Below are positions 18,485-33,179 of a stretch of 64,000 bases of DNA, in pieces. The translations under genes were made by a program, and so were the position numbers. Source of the DNA: Chrysomallon squamiferum (lineage: Eukaryota; Animalia; Mollusca); contig CM022670.1 of NCBI GenBank assembly GCA_012295275.1, positions 41,726,001 through 41,790,000 on the forward strand, given 5' to 3'. The notes beneath the pieces are model-generated. The model did no database searches and was not told the origin of the DNA. It saw only the letters and a program-made list of their open reading frames with translations. The first letter of the stretch is position 1; every line of letters starts with the position of its first letter.

Positions 18485-19792
18485 AAAATTAAAAAAAATA
18501 ATAATAAACTTACTTTACACCATGTAGCTGAATTACATCGCTTAGCTGACCCTCAAAGGAACAAGAAACCAAAGGACCGTATATCTGTTTGGGATTGTGA
18601 ATAGTCATGAGATAGTAAGAAGCGCTGTTGGTGGAGTTCACACATCTGCAGTGACTGCTGGTGAGGACGTGAAGAGTCCCACAGTCAGGGAAGACGTAGC
18701 ACACAGACAGCTGGTAGATCAGAAAGACCACAGGAACCTTTTTCATTTCTCTCGCAGGAATTTTGCACACATAATGAGATGTTTCGTTTTCGTGGATGGA
18801 ACTAGGCCCAGTCAAAGCCAAATCCACTAAAAGAATTTTTGTTTTTATGAACTCAGTGTAAATGTATTCACTGATGTTTACAGAAAGTATTTAGTGATGT
18901 TTTCACCTAAGCTGAATATAATACAAACAGAAGACTAAAACACTAATAGCACAAAGATTATTTCGAATAAATAAATACATAAATAATAATAATAAAATAA
19001 TAATAATAATAATAATAATAAGAAGAAGAAGAAGAAGAAGAAGAACAACAACAACAACAACAAAAACAATAATAATAGTAACAATAACAACATCAATCAT
19101 TATTGTTATAATAATAATAATAATAACAATAATAATAATAATAGTATTATTATTATTATTATTAGTAGTAGTAGTAATAGTAATTATTATTATTATTATA
19201 ACAATAATGATAATGATAATGTAAACAATAACAACAACAATAATAATAATAATAAGGAAAACAACTAAATTACTAACAATAACAATAGAATTATTGTTGT
19301 TGTTGTTGTTGTTACTGTTTGTTGGTGGTATTCTTTTTGTTGCACTTGTTACTATTATAATATTTTAAAACACTAAAGTGAAACTGAATACCAGAGAAGA
19401 ATCTGTAAATCTCTGGAATTAAAACAAACAAAATTAAAAGCAAGAGGCAGGAATAGCTTTGATAAGTTCAGCAAATTATAATGTTATCATTTAGAAGTGG
19501 ACATGGGGTGTTGTAAAATATATCTCTCACTATCTGTCTTAACTTTACATGGGTAGAGTAGTAGAGTATTTAATGTATACTTGAAACTACAAAAAAGTAT
19601 ATTTATTGTTCATGGTGCACTTATAAATGCGTGTTCAAACTGATTTATTATTTAATGTATGTTTGTAACGATGTATGAACATATCTGTTATTTAATCAGA
19701 TATTTTTAAATGTTTAATAAATATATATGTCATTGAATGTATATTTTAATTCTACATGAACATATTTCTTATTTAATGTACATTTATGGGTA

Positions 19793-19867
<75 letters not shown>

Positions 19868-21056
19868 AAAAAGAACGGTATAGAAATATAACTAAAGCTT
19901 ATTGTAATATGAAAAGCTTACTGTAAACCACAGCATCAATTTTGTTACTATTTTGACTACGAAATGAACAGTGCACAGAAAATCGATCGTTCTCTTTGTG
20001 ACTGTTAATCGTCATGAGGAAGTAAGAATCGTGATTTGTAGAGTTGACACATTTACATTCAAAGCCGGGCCGAACATCACGAACTTGACAGTTTGGGAAG
20101 ACCGCACACGCCGTCAGTCCAGATGTGATAAAGAGCAGAGGATATTTCTTTGTTGAAGTCGCAGGAAGTCTGCAGAGATAATCAGCTGGGTCACCCTCTT
20201 TGATGAATTCTTTTCCAGTTATTACCAAATCCTCTAAAACAATTTATTTTTGGTCTCAGTAAAAAGAAAAGTATTTTGGTTCATGTTTGTGTAAGTGTTA
20301 TAGACTGCCTATGCCGAGTTATGTGGATAAATGAGGAATAACAAAGTAAAAAATAATAATAAATAGAAATAGCACTAGTTCTTTTTTCAAATATTAAAAA
20401 TATAAAAATAAAGTAAATACCAGTGAAGATTTGGTGAAGCTCTGAAAGTAAAACAAAAACATGGCAAAAATGGCTTATGTGTTGACTATAATACATTATA
20501 ATTATGTTATCATGTAGAACTGAACTAAAACATATCTGTTAATGTATAAATATTTATTCATCATCATCATCATCATTTTTATTTTTATTCATATTTCAGA
20601 ATATAAGTATAAATAAACTTATCATTACAAGAATTAGTTGTAGTAGTAGGAGTGCTAGCAGTAGTGGTAATAGTAGAAGTGGTAGTAGTGGCAGTAGTAG
20701 AAGCAATGACTGTAGTAGTAGTAGCAGCAGCAGCAGTGACAGCACCAGTAGTTGTTGTAGTGGCAGCAATATTATTAGCAGAAGTGTTATTATTACGATA
20801 ACAAATTTTTTTTTTTCTCGAATTAATGAAAACCTGTAAAAAATAAAAAAATAAAAATAAAATGGCAGCATTTTACTCTATGTATTACAAAGCAATACAA
20901 ATTGAAATTGATCAGTTCTGTACAATCTGAATAGAGAAAAAAACATTACAACATATAAAAGTATTAATAAAGATTTCTGAAAATAGATAGTCAATGAATA
21001 CCTGAGACGTGTACATTTATAGAAAATAAAACAAATGCTGCAGGTAAAACGAACAT
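18214..21056 (-). CDS. Secreted six-Cys Ig-like two-domain protein, paralog 3 (~244 aa)
   Basis: Exons 21056-21002 (signal-like MFVLPAAFVLFSINVHVS), 20441-20421, 20233-19922, 19412-19392, 18826-18514, 18226-18214 (KTKD*). All canonical AG/GT, 735 nt in frame; 3' end shares ggaagtagaagat with paralogs 1 and 2. Confidence 0.88.
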
Positions 21057-21899
21057 GTCTGACTTTGATGTGTACACCTACAACTATCAGTTTATGTATG
21101 TATGCATTTATTATACAGATAATGTTGATACATCAGTCTGTTATTTTTTTATTATTTGTTTTTATTTATTTACTTATTTATTTATTTTTTTATTATAAAC
21201 AGATACAAAACTAGCAGTCATAAAAACGTTTTATAGGTCTGGTATACAACATTATCAAATTGCTATGTTACCGTTTATAGGATGTTTTTCTCAGGTTTAA
21301 ACAGGCTGGTTGAAAAGGTAGAGTTTGTTTTTTCTAGTATATCAGATCTGTTTATGAATCCGTGTTTTTTTTTGTTATGACAAACAGAAATTGCAGAACA
21401 TCATAGGTCAGTGCTTATCAAAATGTTTATTACAGCATCAATGTGATATAATGTTCTTATTCTGCTTTTCATAATGTTACTATTCAGGAAACATTTCTTG
21501 TTTATAAACAAAAATGCTTGTAATTACAGAATCCTGTGATACGAATGGATGAGATTTTTAAAACTGCTACACACTTTTACGTTGGTTTCATTTTCTAAAA
21601 CATCTTGAATGCAACAGGTCTTTAACACCAGTTAACAGAATGATGATTTTAACAATTGCTGGAAATCAGGGAGAATGGTTTTGGTTATGTAATATACAGT
21701 ATTATTGTGTTTATTGTAAATCATCATCAGCCACGTGTAGCTGCTGTCTTACTTGATAACAATGATTAATGGAACTTTAAACCAACCATATTTCAGTTTT
21801 CTGTTCCAGACAACGGTTAAGCTTTGTTCGTCAAAGGACCATGCATGGGAAAGAGCATATAATAGATTCTTTATTGCTAACCGATAACTAACAAATTAT

Positions 21900-22270
21900 C
21901 ACTGAGAAAATTAAGCAGGGTTTTCATCGTATGTATAATGCCCGAAAGCTGACAGTGCAAAGGCTGCAAGTAGATCATTCTTTGACTGCAGATGATGGAG
22001 AATTTCACAAGGGATGCTAGATGATGACAGGCCTGTGCAAGCATCAAAACCCAACAGTGCCACAGCTGGGGAACACTTAATTTCGCTGTGAAAACTGGAG
22101 CTCGGCAAAGAACAAATATGAATCCAAAAGTCCATTCAGTTATAGTGTTATCTCCTATCACAGTCATGTCCTTAATATTACAGTTGCTCTTTCAACGGAG
22201 ACTTGGTTTCCTAAGACTATCATCAACTCTGGCCACATTACTTTCAGTTCAGTGATTACACATATTTCCT
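21900..22270 (-). mobile_element. Decayed Ginger/GIN-type (KRBA2/SCAND3-like) integrase fragment
   Basis: Across frameshifts reads ITELKVMWPELMIVLG..SVERA...FHSEIKCSP..ALLG...GLSSSSIPCEIL..LQS..DL, matching the recalled KRBA2/SCAND3 integrase C-terminal pattern. Confidence 0.65.
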
Positions 22271-22275
22271 GTAAC

Positions 22276-22306
<31 letters not shown>

Positions 22307-23539
22307 CATGTGTGTGTGTTTGTTTAACTTTTTTATATATTAATTCTGATTTCGTCAGACTTTGAGACACATACACACTACTAGTTTTGTGATAACCAAT
22401 TTTTTATTATTTATTTTTTTATGTGTGGAATCGTAGTTAATTTATTCGTTTATTTCAAGTATTTTTTTTTCTGATGTCACAGTCAAGTATGATGTCTGTC
22501 AGAATTCATGAAAATTACTGTTAGTGAGAGATGAAAATATCCATTATCTCCCTTAAATCTTTTGACTGTCAGACTGACTGCCGTTCTGGACTGATAAAAA
22601 CAGTATATGCAAAAACGAAAGCAAAGAGAATTGCAAATAGAGTACATATACCGGAGAAACATAAGAAGAGTGCATAAACATTTAAAAAGATAATGTATAT
22701 CAAAACCGCGAACTACATAGCAAGTGGAAAATACAAATCAAATTCGTAGAGAAGATTTATTTATTTATTAAATTTTACTAAAACCATTACTAAATTACAT
22801 AAGTAATTGAAAAAAAGTAAATAAAAACAAAACATTTTTAAACTCAGTTCTAAGTTTACTATCAGTTTTAACAGAAATTTCATAGAACAACGACTGTTTA
22901 TTTCCAATCAATCTTCTTGTATAGTCTGACATCTGAAGTATATTTACCTGAAATAAAATAAAATATTAACTATTATTACTACTGCTACTATTGTTCCTGC
23001 TATTTTCGCAGTAGCTGATAATATTAGCACTACTGCTGCTTCTATTAGTATTGTTATCATTACTACTACTACTACTATCACTATTTCTACCACCACCACT
23101 ACTTTTACTGCTAATACGAATACTATAAGTATGTATGTTATGCACAGTCTGTAGATTTGCAATATCGAAGGATCGTGCTACTGGATCAGTTGATGGAAGG
23201 AGTCATCAGTGTAAAGAGATTCATGACATGCGGATGGCAAAGCTTGATCTCAGGTAAAATTCTTTAGTTAATCCGTGTATTTTGTCGAATTAGTGTTACT
23301 TGTAAACTCTGCGCTTCAGATCCTCAAAATGAAGTCCATGTCGTGTACAACTCTGAGTTGTGTTTCTTTCTTGTTTTCACTCGTGGTGATTAGATATTCT
23401 CTGTATTTGCTGCAAGCCAAGTCTTGCAAATTCCACAATCTTTATTGAGAGCGGGTAGTAATGCAAGTTGTTGACCTGTACTGATGTATGCTTACATACA
23501 TTTGTTATTAACTGTTGGAGACAAAGACAATCTGAACAA

Positions 23540-23980
23540 ATTTAAAATGGTCGAAGACAAAACACCTACTCAAAAAAGTTTTTAAAAAACAAGTTGTGAA
23601 GGATGTTAATAATGAGTCAAGTTGTTGAGATTCAAAATCAGATGATGAGGATGATGATGAAGCCACCGATGATGATTCATCTATTGACACTGAGGTCATT
23701 GAAGGGGATTTCGATGTTATGAAAGTTGAAGGAAGGCGACGTGGTTTGCAGTACATTGCTAGGATTGATTTCAATGATGACAGTGAATTTGAGAGTGTGT
23801 GTTTGCAAAAGCTGATTGGCAGTGTCAGTGCAGAAGATGTGACATTTATTACAAGTCTAAAGGATGCATTCTACTTTACTTTCAATAGGAAGGTGATCAT
23901 CCATTATGTTCTGCAGCCAAAAGCTGTTGGAGGCTCTGTACAAACATTCTGTGTAACTAACAGATCACATCCTGTCTAGA
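23540..23980 (+). mobile_element. Possible decayed pogo/Tigger-like transposase C-terminal fragment
   Basis: Acidic tract followed by EGDF.VMKVEG...YIARID..D..EFE.V.LQK...TFI...P..VGGS; stops upstream; recognised from memory only. Confidence 0.4.
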
Positions 23981-24525
23981 GGCTGTACTGTTTGATCACA
24001 ATTCAAGATGCTAGACACACACTTAAGTCACTGTACTTCTAAGTTAGTGATATTTGGGGACTTAGATTTCTATTCCTTTTTGTAGCAACCATTCATTAGT
24101 GCTGATTATGTAAGGTTATCCTTATTTTAAATTTATTTAATGGACGTGTCCATTCATGTACTTTAGTAAACCTCTCACAGAAGTAATTATTATACGTCTG
24201 TACAGGCGTCTGAACAACCGTTGTATACCGTTTATTTTTCTCTATTCCATTTTCATACGGATTATTATAAATGATATTGAAAGTCCTTTAAGAGAATTAA
24301 AAGGTGTTATTAATTGGTAACTATCCTTTAAATAAAATTATGTTCTTTATTTTTTCATTTACTTTTCATCCTGTTTATTATAGAATGGTATTCTGTACAG
24401 AAATGCGGCAAATCCAGAAAAACGGACCACCTACGGTTATAAACTTGCATATAAATGTGTCGATACCTATATATATATATATATATTATGAACGTTGCTA
24501 TTAACATGTTGATCTACCAAACATG

Positions 24526-24587
<62 letters not shown>

Positions 24588-26067
24588 CGTAACTGCTGCA
24601 TGTTTTAGTCATGGCCGCAGATCAGATGAACTTATTATATCCACTAAACAAATGTAATTTGAAACTTTGTTATTCATATTTTTATTACGTGGACGTGTAT
24701 GCCAAGAAGTGAGTCAACTTACACAGCTGTGCTGAACTCTAACACTTCAAAAAAAAAAATAAATATAAATTTAATATATATAAAATAAAATAAAAAATCC
24801 GACATTAATTGATGTATCGTGATGTATTTGTGACGACGATAATGTTTTATGTTTAATGTAAAATTCGGACATCTATGAAACTTGTTTGTTTTGTATATAC
24901 TAACTGTAGATATTTTATTAAAGTACGAATTTTAATATTTATATAATATTTAAATTTTCTAGTCTCTATATATGAAATAGAGAAATGATAAAACAACGAC
25001 AAATATTAAATATGTATTAATAATTTAAAAACACAACAACAACGAGTCTGCCTTTAACTGCCGATATGAGCAAATTATTAAAGTTCTGTTTGACTTTCCG
25101 TAATACCGTCATGACGAACTTTTATAGGCAGTTTTTGTTTGTTTGTTGTTGTTTTTTTAATTTCAAAGTTCAGTAAATTAGTGGACAACATATGGCGAGT
25201 TTTGTGTAACAAACAATTTTGAAATTTATCAACCCGACTGGTTTCATTTAGGTGTATCTAACTGGAAAATGGAACAACTTATCTCCCTCCCCCCCTCACC
25301 TTTTACGTTCTGATTATCACGGTTTGAGTTTCGCGGTAAATACCACTAATCTCAGAGCGTATTAGATAGATGATGAAGATGATGATGATGATGATGATTA
25401 TTATTATTTTTATTGTTATTGTTGTTGATGTTGTCGTTATTATTATTATTATTATACATTTTTATATAACTTTTCCCTGCTAAGTAAGTTCAACAGTGTA
25501 AACTAATAAACTAAAATATAAAAAGACATGGACATAAATATATTAAAATAAATGTAAACATAATGGTGAAGATGTTAAAATGCGTATAAAAAAATTAACA
25601 TTTAAAAATTGCTTAAAATAATTAATAGACAGGTTTGAATATTTTAAAATTGAAAAAAAAAAAACTCTATTTCAGCAAAGTGGTTTTGAGTAATGTTTTG
25701 TATGTAGATGTCATGGTATATAACGCAATCGTATTTTTATTATACAATTTTCTTATTAATTAATTGTTTTATTACATTCCTTCCTATATTTATGTAATAC
25801 CTCTCTTCCAACATCCTCTTTGATGTTTTTAGACGCACAAAATCTTTGTGTGTTTGTCTATGTGTGCACAAAAAATCCACTAATAGTGTAGTGCAATCAG
25901 TCGAACGCACACACACACACACACAGCTCACATACGGACAAATACACGTATGTATGTATGTCTTTACATGTGTAAGTATGTAAATATCACTTAATGTACA
26001 TTCACTTTTTATGCTAAAGCATTACTAAGACACAGTTTAACAATAAGAACAGAAAGTGTACGCTTAC

Positions 26068-26455
26068 TGTAAACGTATGTGTAAATCTCGGCTTTTCTCA
26101 TTACCATACTGGCAGCTGAACGTGTGATTGTCTTTTGTGCTGTCAATGGAGCCATACAGGTAGAATCGGGAGAAGTATTCTTTGGGTTCGGCACATTTGC
26201 ACTTAAAAGTGGAAGATGTCGACCCGTAAGCCCAGCAGAGTTCGCCAACAGTACAGACTTGCATCCCGTCTGAGGTGAAAATGACAGGCTCCGTGACGTG
26301 CCTCACACTCAGTATGCACAGCAGTTTAATAGGCTGATGAATTACAGCATTCTTAGGTCCCAGGATCATAATGGATATTCCTAAAACATTAGTTTGTTAA
26401 CATTTTCTTTACATCTTCTTTTTACTAAAAGAAACAAAATTAAATACTACCACTA

Positions 26456-26516
<61 letters not shown>

Positions 26517-26756
26517 CACTACTACTACTACTACCACTACTACTACTACTACTACTAATAATAATAATAAAATTAAACGAAATAAAAATAATAAAAATAA
26601 ATAAAGTATATGTTGTGAAATTTAATTTAATTTTTAGAAAAACAAGAGCGAATGATAGGTATACAGTAAGTAAAACTAAATACCTGAAATGCTGTCAAAT
26701 TGTAGAGAAAATAAAATAAGTTTTAAACAGGTTTGCAGCAAGAACACTTTGGACAT
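26068..26756 (-). CDS. Secreted single-domain six-Cys Ig-like protein, divergent paralog 4 (terminal exon not located)
   Basis: Signal-like exon 26756-26684 (MSKVFLLQTCLKLILFSLQFDSIS, TCAG|gtattt) and domain exon 26380-26068 with the same Cys spacing and a phase-2 donor like domain B. Confidence 0.75.
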
Positions 26757-26883
26757 ACCAATAGCAGTCATGGCTGATACGGCGACACCAACTACAGCAA
26801 GTTGTTACGTGTGTTTGTTTTTTTTCCCTTTGTGCTGATGTAACATGTGCAAGCTGGTCGTTGTTTGTTGTGGGTTTTTTTGT

Positions 26884-26990
26884 TGTGGCAAATAGAAAGG
26901 ATATTTTTCACGATTCTACATGTATGGTTACATTGACAGCACAAAACACAATCACACGTTCAGCTGCCAGTATTTAAACATACGTTTACA
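26884..26990 (+). pseudogene. Inverted, truncated pseudogene copy of the paralog 4 domain exon (3' half)
   Basis: CGK*KGYFSRFYMYGYIDSTKHNHTFSCQY--LNIRLQ versus CAEPKEYFSRFYLYGSIDSTKDNHTFSCQYGNEKSRDLHIRLQ; in-frame stop, 21-nt deletion, donor retained; intron homology continues to ~27970. Confidence 0.85.
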
Positions 26991-28268
26991 GTAAGCGTAC
27001 ACTTTCTGTTCTAATTGTTAAACTGTGTCTTAATAATGCTTTGGTCAATACAGCACATAAACTGAATACATATTTGCATACATATACACATACTTACATG
27101 TACGCACATTTTTAAGTAAGTATGTATACAGTCGACTGATCTAGCTGCACTACGAGTTGATTATTTTATACACAGACACACTTACACATCAGCATTTTGT
27201 GCGTCTAAAAATATCTAACAGGATGTTGGAAGAAATATCTTAAATTAATAAATGGAATAATGTAATAAACCAGTTAATTTATTAATAAAAAGTAAGCACA
27301 ATAAAAGTATGACTGCGTTATATATCATGCTTTCTATATATAAAAAAATTACTAAAGACCCATTTCTCTCAAAACCACTTTGCTGATGTAAAGCTGTTTC
27401 ATTATTTCAGTTTTAAAATGTTCAAGCCAATCTATTAATTATTTTAAAGTTTTAAAATGTTACTCATTTATTTTTATCAGCATTTTAACATGTTCACCAT
27501 TTAATAATAACAACAATAATAATAACAATATTAGCAATAATAATAATAACAACATTAATAACAACAGCAATAACAATAATAATAATAGCAACAACAACAA
27601 CAATAATAATAATCATGATCTAATACACTCTTAGATTAGTGGCATTTACTGGGAAACTCGAACCAGAATAATGTCAGAACGTGTAATGGGGGAGGAGTTA
27701 AGTTAGAACCACCCAGATGCAAACCATCAACTGGTCCATAAATACAACTAGTGAATCCCAAAGAACAAGAATTTATCCTTACTTGTGGGCAATATTTATT
27801 TATTTATTTATTTATTTTATTTTATTTTATTTTTCTTGAATGTGCTATTTAATTCAACCCAGCTATGTAAGTTTGTCCATCCACTTCTGGGCATACTTGC
27901 CTGTGTAACAGAAATATGAACAAGATGAACGAAGTTTGAAAATACATTTGTTTATTGGATATAACAACACATTCATCTGTTTTTCGTGATCTTTGGCTTT
28001 AGTTATTTATTGTACATCTCAGCTATGGGTGTGACAAAAAAACACAACAATATTTTTTTTATAATCACATTTTGTATCTGACTGGTCTTGGAAACACAAA
28101 TAAAACAACAGACAAAATCACCTTGCATAATGTGTTCTTCTGTTACAGTTCAGCTTGAATTGTTTTCTGTTTGTCAAATTAACACAGGCCTGGTAACAAA
28201 TCTGTTGTAAGAAGTTTAGGGATAAGACAGAGAATTTGTGTCAAAACATTTTAATAGGTCAAAGTTTG

Positions 28269-31200
28269 TCAGGGTCTCTGGTAAGGGGAGGAATTTACAG
28301 CAGATTTTATGTTTGTCCTCACAGCACTTGGTGCTTTTCCTACAGAACCTGTAAAAAATAATAAAACACATTTGTAATTATTAATTTTAATAAATATGCA
28401 TGTGTACGTGTTTGTTCAAACATACATGCATATAAATACTTTCTAAATTAACTAAATGACTATGTCAGTCAATTTTTTTAATTTTTGTATAAAATGATTC
28501 TTTATCTTTAAAAACCTATTACTGCACTCAAATTATTTTTAAATGCTTATAAACATGAAAAAAAAACAGTTTTTCTTTCCTTGATGTGTCTTATTTTCGT
28601 TTATTTCATTTTTTTTTTTTACCCTAATTTGTTTTAATGAAAGAAGAAAAGAATATAACATCTTCATATCAGCTTGTATAATACTGTTTTATTTTACAGT
28701 TACTGAGGGATATTGGTTTTGAGTACACACAAAATCAATAAATAAATAATAGGAAAAATTGTTTTTAATTTTAATATAAATATATAATAAATAATTTCTG
28801 CGTGTTACCTTGTTTCTGATGCTGCTGTTGAGCATTACCAGCATGCTGCTGCTGTTGTTGCTGTTGCTGTGGTGTGTCTGGTCGCCGTAGTCGTAAACCC
28901 TTACCAAATGTTAAAGCTGCGATCAACATGTGTGTGTCTGACAACGATGACGTTTGAGGCTGAGCTGTTCTCTGACCTGGAAACAAACATTAATTTATTT
29001 CTCTTTCAAAAAGTTATTTTCGTTTATTTCATATTTTTTTTACCCTAATTTGTTTTAATGAAAGAAGAAAAGAATATAACATCTTCGTATCACCTTGTAC
29101 AATACTGTTTTATTTTACAGTTACTGAGGGATATTGGTTTTGAGTACACACAAAAGCAATATATAAATAATATGAAAAAGAAACTATCTTGAAAAATTGT
29201 TTTAAATTTAATATGAATATATATAATAAATAACTTATTTCTCTTTCAAAAAGTGTATCTTCTTACACACTCAAAGAAATGAAAGAAAAGTAGTAAAATA
29301 TCTAGCAAAATGTCTTTGTCCAAACATAGATACACAGATGTTGTAAATCATACTGCATGAAAAGTTGATGAGAAAGCAGTGTAATGATGTGTGGACTAGT
29401 GAGAAAGCAGTGTAATGATGTGTGGACTAGTGAGAAAGCAGTGTAATGATGTGTAGACTAGTTAGAAAGATGTATAATGTGTAGACTAGTGAGAAAGCAG
29501 TGTAATGATGTGTAGAAGTGTAATGTGTAGAAGTGTGACAATGTGTAGACATGTAATGATGTGTAGAAGTGTGACAATGATGTGTGGACTAGTGAGAAAT
29601 GTGTAGAACTAGTGTGACAATGTGTAATGATGTGTAGACTGTGATGTTGTTTGATGTGTGTAATGATGTGTAGATGTGTGATGATGTGTAGAAGTGTGAC
29701 AATGTGTAGACATGTAATGATGTGTAGAAGTGTGACAATGTGTAGACATGTGATGATATGTAGAAGTGTAATGATGTGTAGAAGTGTGACAATGTGTAGA
29801 CATGTAATGATGTGTAGAAGTGTAATGATGTGTAGAAGTGTAATGATGTGTAGACGTGTAATGATGTGTAGAAGTGTAACAATGTGTAGACATGTAACGA
29901 TGTGTAGATGTGTAATGATGAGTAGGTGTGTGTTTTACTCACTGGCGTCTTTGTCCCACTGTTCCCGAGCTGAGTTGAGCAAGTCGAGAATGTTACTTGT
30001 CACTTTGTTCAGATTCACCAGCTGCTTCTGAAACCAAAATACTCGACTCTTGTTTCAAACTGTCACAGGTAAACCACAATACTGATAAATCATTTCACCT
30101 CTCTCACACACACAGACGAAACCACAACATATAAACACACACAAACACCCAGTCTTAGTAATTCCTACAACTAGTTTTTAACACAACACAGATATATGTG
30201 ATGCTCCATCTATATTGTTGAGCCATTTCTACCAACCTACCTACCTATGTATCACTCAATCATATATATATATATCCCACAAAACAAAAGCATTAATGCA
30301 CTTATAAATAACTATTTTTTTAAAATGCAAGTAACATTAAAACAAAATTAATTAAATGTTAGTAGATATTGCTACATCTTGAATAATTTCCCAATAGTCA
30401 GTTAGTTGAATACAGTATAAAACACTCAAATAGTTCAGCACACGAAAAAGCACATCAATCATAAGCACTGTCTGAGGTTTTTAAATATTATGTGACAGTA
30501 AAGATTCAACAATAACAATATATTCATGCATAAAACTAATGGAAGCATTTGACTGACATAAATTTGTATCAGTTTCTGTCACTGGTTAGCTATGTTTTAT
30601 TTTTAAGTGCACTTTATGTAATCAGTATGAGAATTGGTGTGAGGGTATTTTGTTTTAAGTAACATAATGTCCTGTACTTACTAACATGACCAGTTCAATT
30701 TGTTGTAACTATAATGATATACTAACCGTTGCTGCATCTGATGAAATGCTGGCAGCTTTACTACTCATTTCATTAACAACTGCTTCCGCTTCAGCATCTG
30801 GCTTTGTTCTCAGATAATCTGGTGCCACTTCATGATTGAAAACAGCCACTCTGCCTTCTGTCAGTTTCTGTAACAAAATGTCAAAGTAACGTGATAACTA
30901 TCGTAACAAAAATTCTAAACAAGTCAGCCATCTTGTACCATTCAGTGTGAACTGTCAGCACAACATAACATCTTTGAGATCTGTTGTAAAATCATTCTGT
31001 ATCAAAGTGAACATCTCAAAACTGCTGTCAGTTTAGATGTTTCAGTCCAAAGTAGAGTTATCTACCCGAATCAAGTGCAAAACAATCAGAAAACAGTTGT
31101 CATTATTATGTTTTTAATTATTTGAAAGAAGAAGGAAAATACACAGTTTGTGGTTTTAATGTTTTAAATTTCAAATTATATAAAGCTAAGGATACAGTAA

Positions 31201-33179
31201 TGAACACTTTGTTCATCCTGTCTCAAATCCACAGTTTTTACCTGGCATCATAATTTTACCAAAATCTATTTTATTTCTAATAACCATTAATTTTACATTA
31301 ATTTCTTTTTTTTTTTTTTTTAGAACTCAGACAATTTCTATTATTAAATAAATTGTTCATTTCTACATGATATGAATGATTATTTGTCTTCCTGCAGTGT
31401 ATGCTTTTTTGTTTAATCAGTGGTGAGACATTGGCTGGATTGGGAAATATTAATAATCCAGTGAACAGAGCAAATTTGTATTATGAAACCTGTTACTTTT
31501 CACTTAATAAAAACCTGTCTGACATTATAAATCACTGTAGTTTTTAAAAGCTGATTTTTAAATTATTTTTTTTAACTGTTATAAATTATGATTACTATAG
31601 TTTTTTAAAATTATAAAAAAGAATTGTGTTTTTTAAAAAACTATCATATTTGTCATTTCAAAAACTGTGATTTTTTTGCCACATTTTTAAAATATATAAA
31701 ATTATTTAAAAAAACCTTTCAGTTGATGTTAATAGATCATTTAATAATTTAACAAAAGAATTTAAAAAAATTAAAACAAATAAATGAAGATTTAAGGATG
31801 CAAATATTCAGGAAAAAATGTATTTATTCAAAGTGAAATGCACTCACTTCAAGTTCTGGATCTCTGTCAGGTGTGAGAAGAACGGGAAACAACGCATAGT
31901 TTCGAAGAGCAGGAATTTTATCACTTTTCAGAAGTTTGCCGAGAACATTCAGCTGTCCTGACAGAAGAGCAAAATTATCTAGAACAGACGGCCTGAAAAA
32001 CAACACAAAATTAAACAGAATCAAAATAAAATAAATTTAAAATGTTTCTTTGGAAACTAACAGAAAAACATCATATTAACAACTTATTGTTGTTATTATT
32101 ATTATTTTTTTTTTTTTTTTTCATTATTATTTGTTACAGACCATTTTGATGCTTTACTCAATATGAGTTTTACTGAAAACTTTCAAATTTTTAAATTATT
32201 TTAAAATAAAATTAAATATAAATAAAAATAAGTGTATAAAATCTGAAAAAATTATTGTTAATGAATGTGGACAGTAACCACTTTGGTTCCAGCACTGACC
32301 AGTTTAGATGTTGATACTCTTCTTCCAGTTTGATGAGAAAAGATGTAACCGAATTCTTTAAATCATTGACATGTTTAATCACAGCTTCGAGTGACATGTC
32401 CAAGTGTTTTTCTTCTTTGTTCTGAAAAAATTAAAAAGACTCACTTTTCGTTTCAACACATCTTATTTGACATATTCAGCAACAAAATTTTCATATGTAC
32501 CTTTGTGACAGAGAACAAAAAAGATGAAAGACACTTGTAAGACATACTAATTCAACCTATAATACACATCTGTGACCAGATGACATAGATATGCTGGTAA
32601 AGACATTCCTTGTTAGTTTGTTAAGAAAAGAAACATTAAATAAATAAATGAAAAAAAAAAAAAAAAACAATAGAAATTTTAAAAAACTAAGTTAATAAAT
32701 AAAAATGGAAAGATAAAACAAGTATTTTTCCAGTTATTTTTTAAGAAAAGAAAAATTTAAAAATTTAATCACACATTAGTCAAATATATAATTATGATGA
32801 CCATGCAATGATGTCAAAATTAATATTTCAATTTGTTAATCTGTATAGAGAAGTAATAATACTGATATGAGTAATGAATATTAACTACTAATATTAATAT
32901 CCTTTTCAATTCAGTTTGTGTACGTACAAAACTTCACTGTCAATGACAAGAAGAAGTGGAAGAAGAAGCAGAAAAGAACCGGGTAACATATTAATTGAAA
33001 CGAATTAGGATAACTTATCGGATAAATGATTATTTATTACTTTAGTTTAGGCGATAATTTATCACAAAAATTTAATAAAGAATTTGTTTAAAACGGAAAA
33101 TAAAATGGTAAAGGTATTACAAATATCCTTTTACCAAAATAAATATAAAACCTATTTTGTCTTCTTAACCAACCTGCAT
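28269..33179 (-). CDS. MED8: Mediator of RNA polymerase II transcription subunit 8
   Basis: Exons 33179-33174, 32421-32300, 31992-31848, 30867-30727, 30027-29943, 28976-28809, 28348-28269. Motifs [58 protein letters not shown]. Confidence 0.96.
29368..29925. repeat. Degenerate ~18-bp minisatellite (gtgtaatgatgtgtagaa-like) in a MED8 intron
   Basis: Tandem units; produces the HYTST / VMMCR pseudo-ORFs. Confidence 0.9.

Noticed and set aside
23150-23480. Possible Penelope-like element end (PALNKDCG motif, CTGATGA hammerhead-like core on the minus strand)
   Set aside because: Too degenerate; no GAAA partner or stems could be verified by eye
22945-25480. Candidate terminal exons for paralog 4 (acceptors near 25477 and 22948)
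   Set aside because: Both are phase-compatible but neither resembles the paralogous terminal exons; cannot choose without transcripts
29589-30031. His/Thr-rich and Met/Cys-rich ORFs
   Set aside because: Translations of an intronic minisatellite inside MED8
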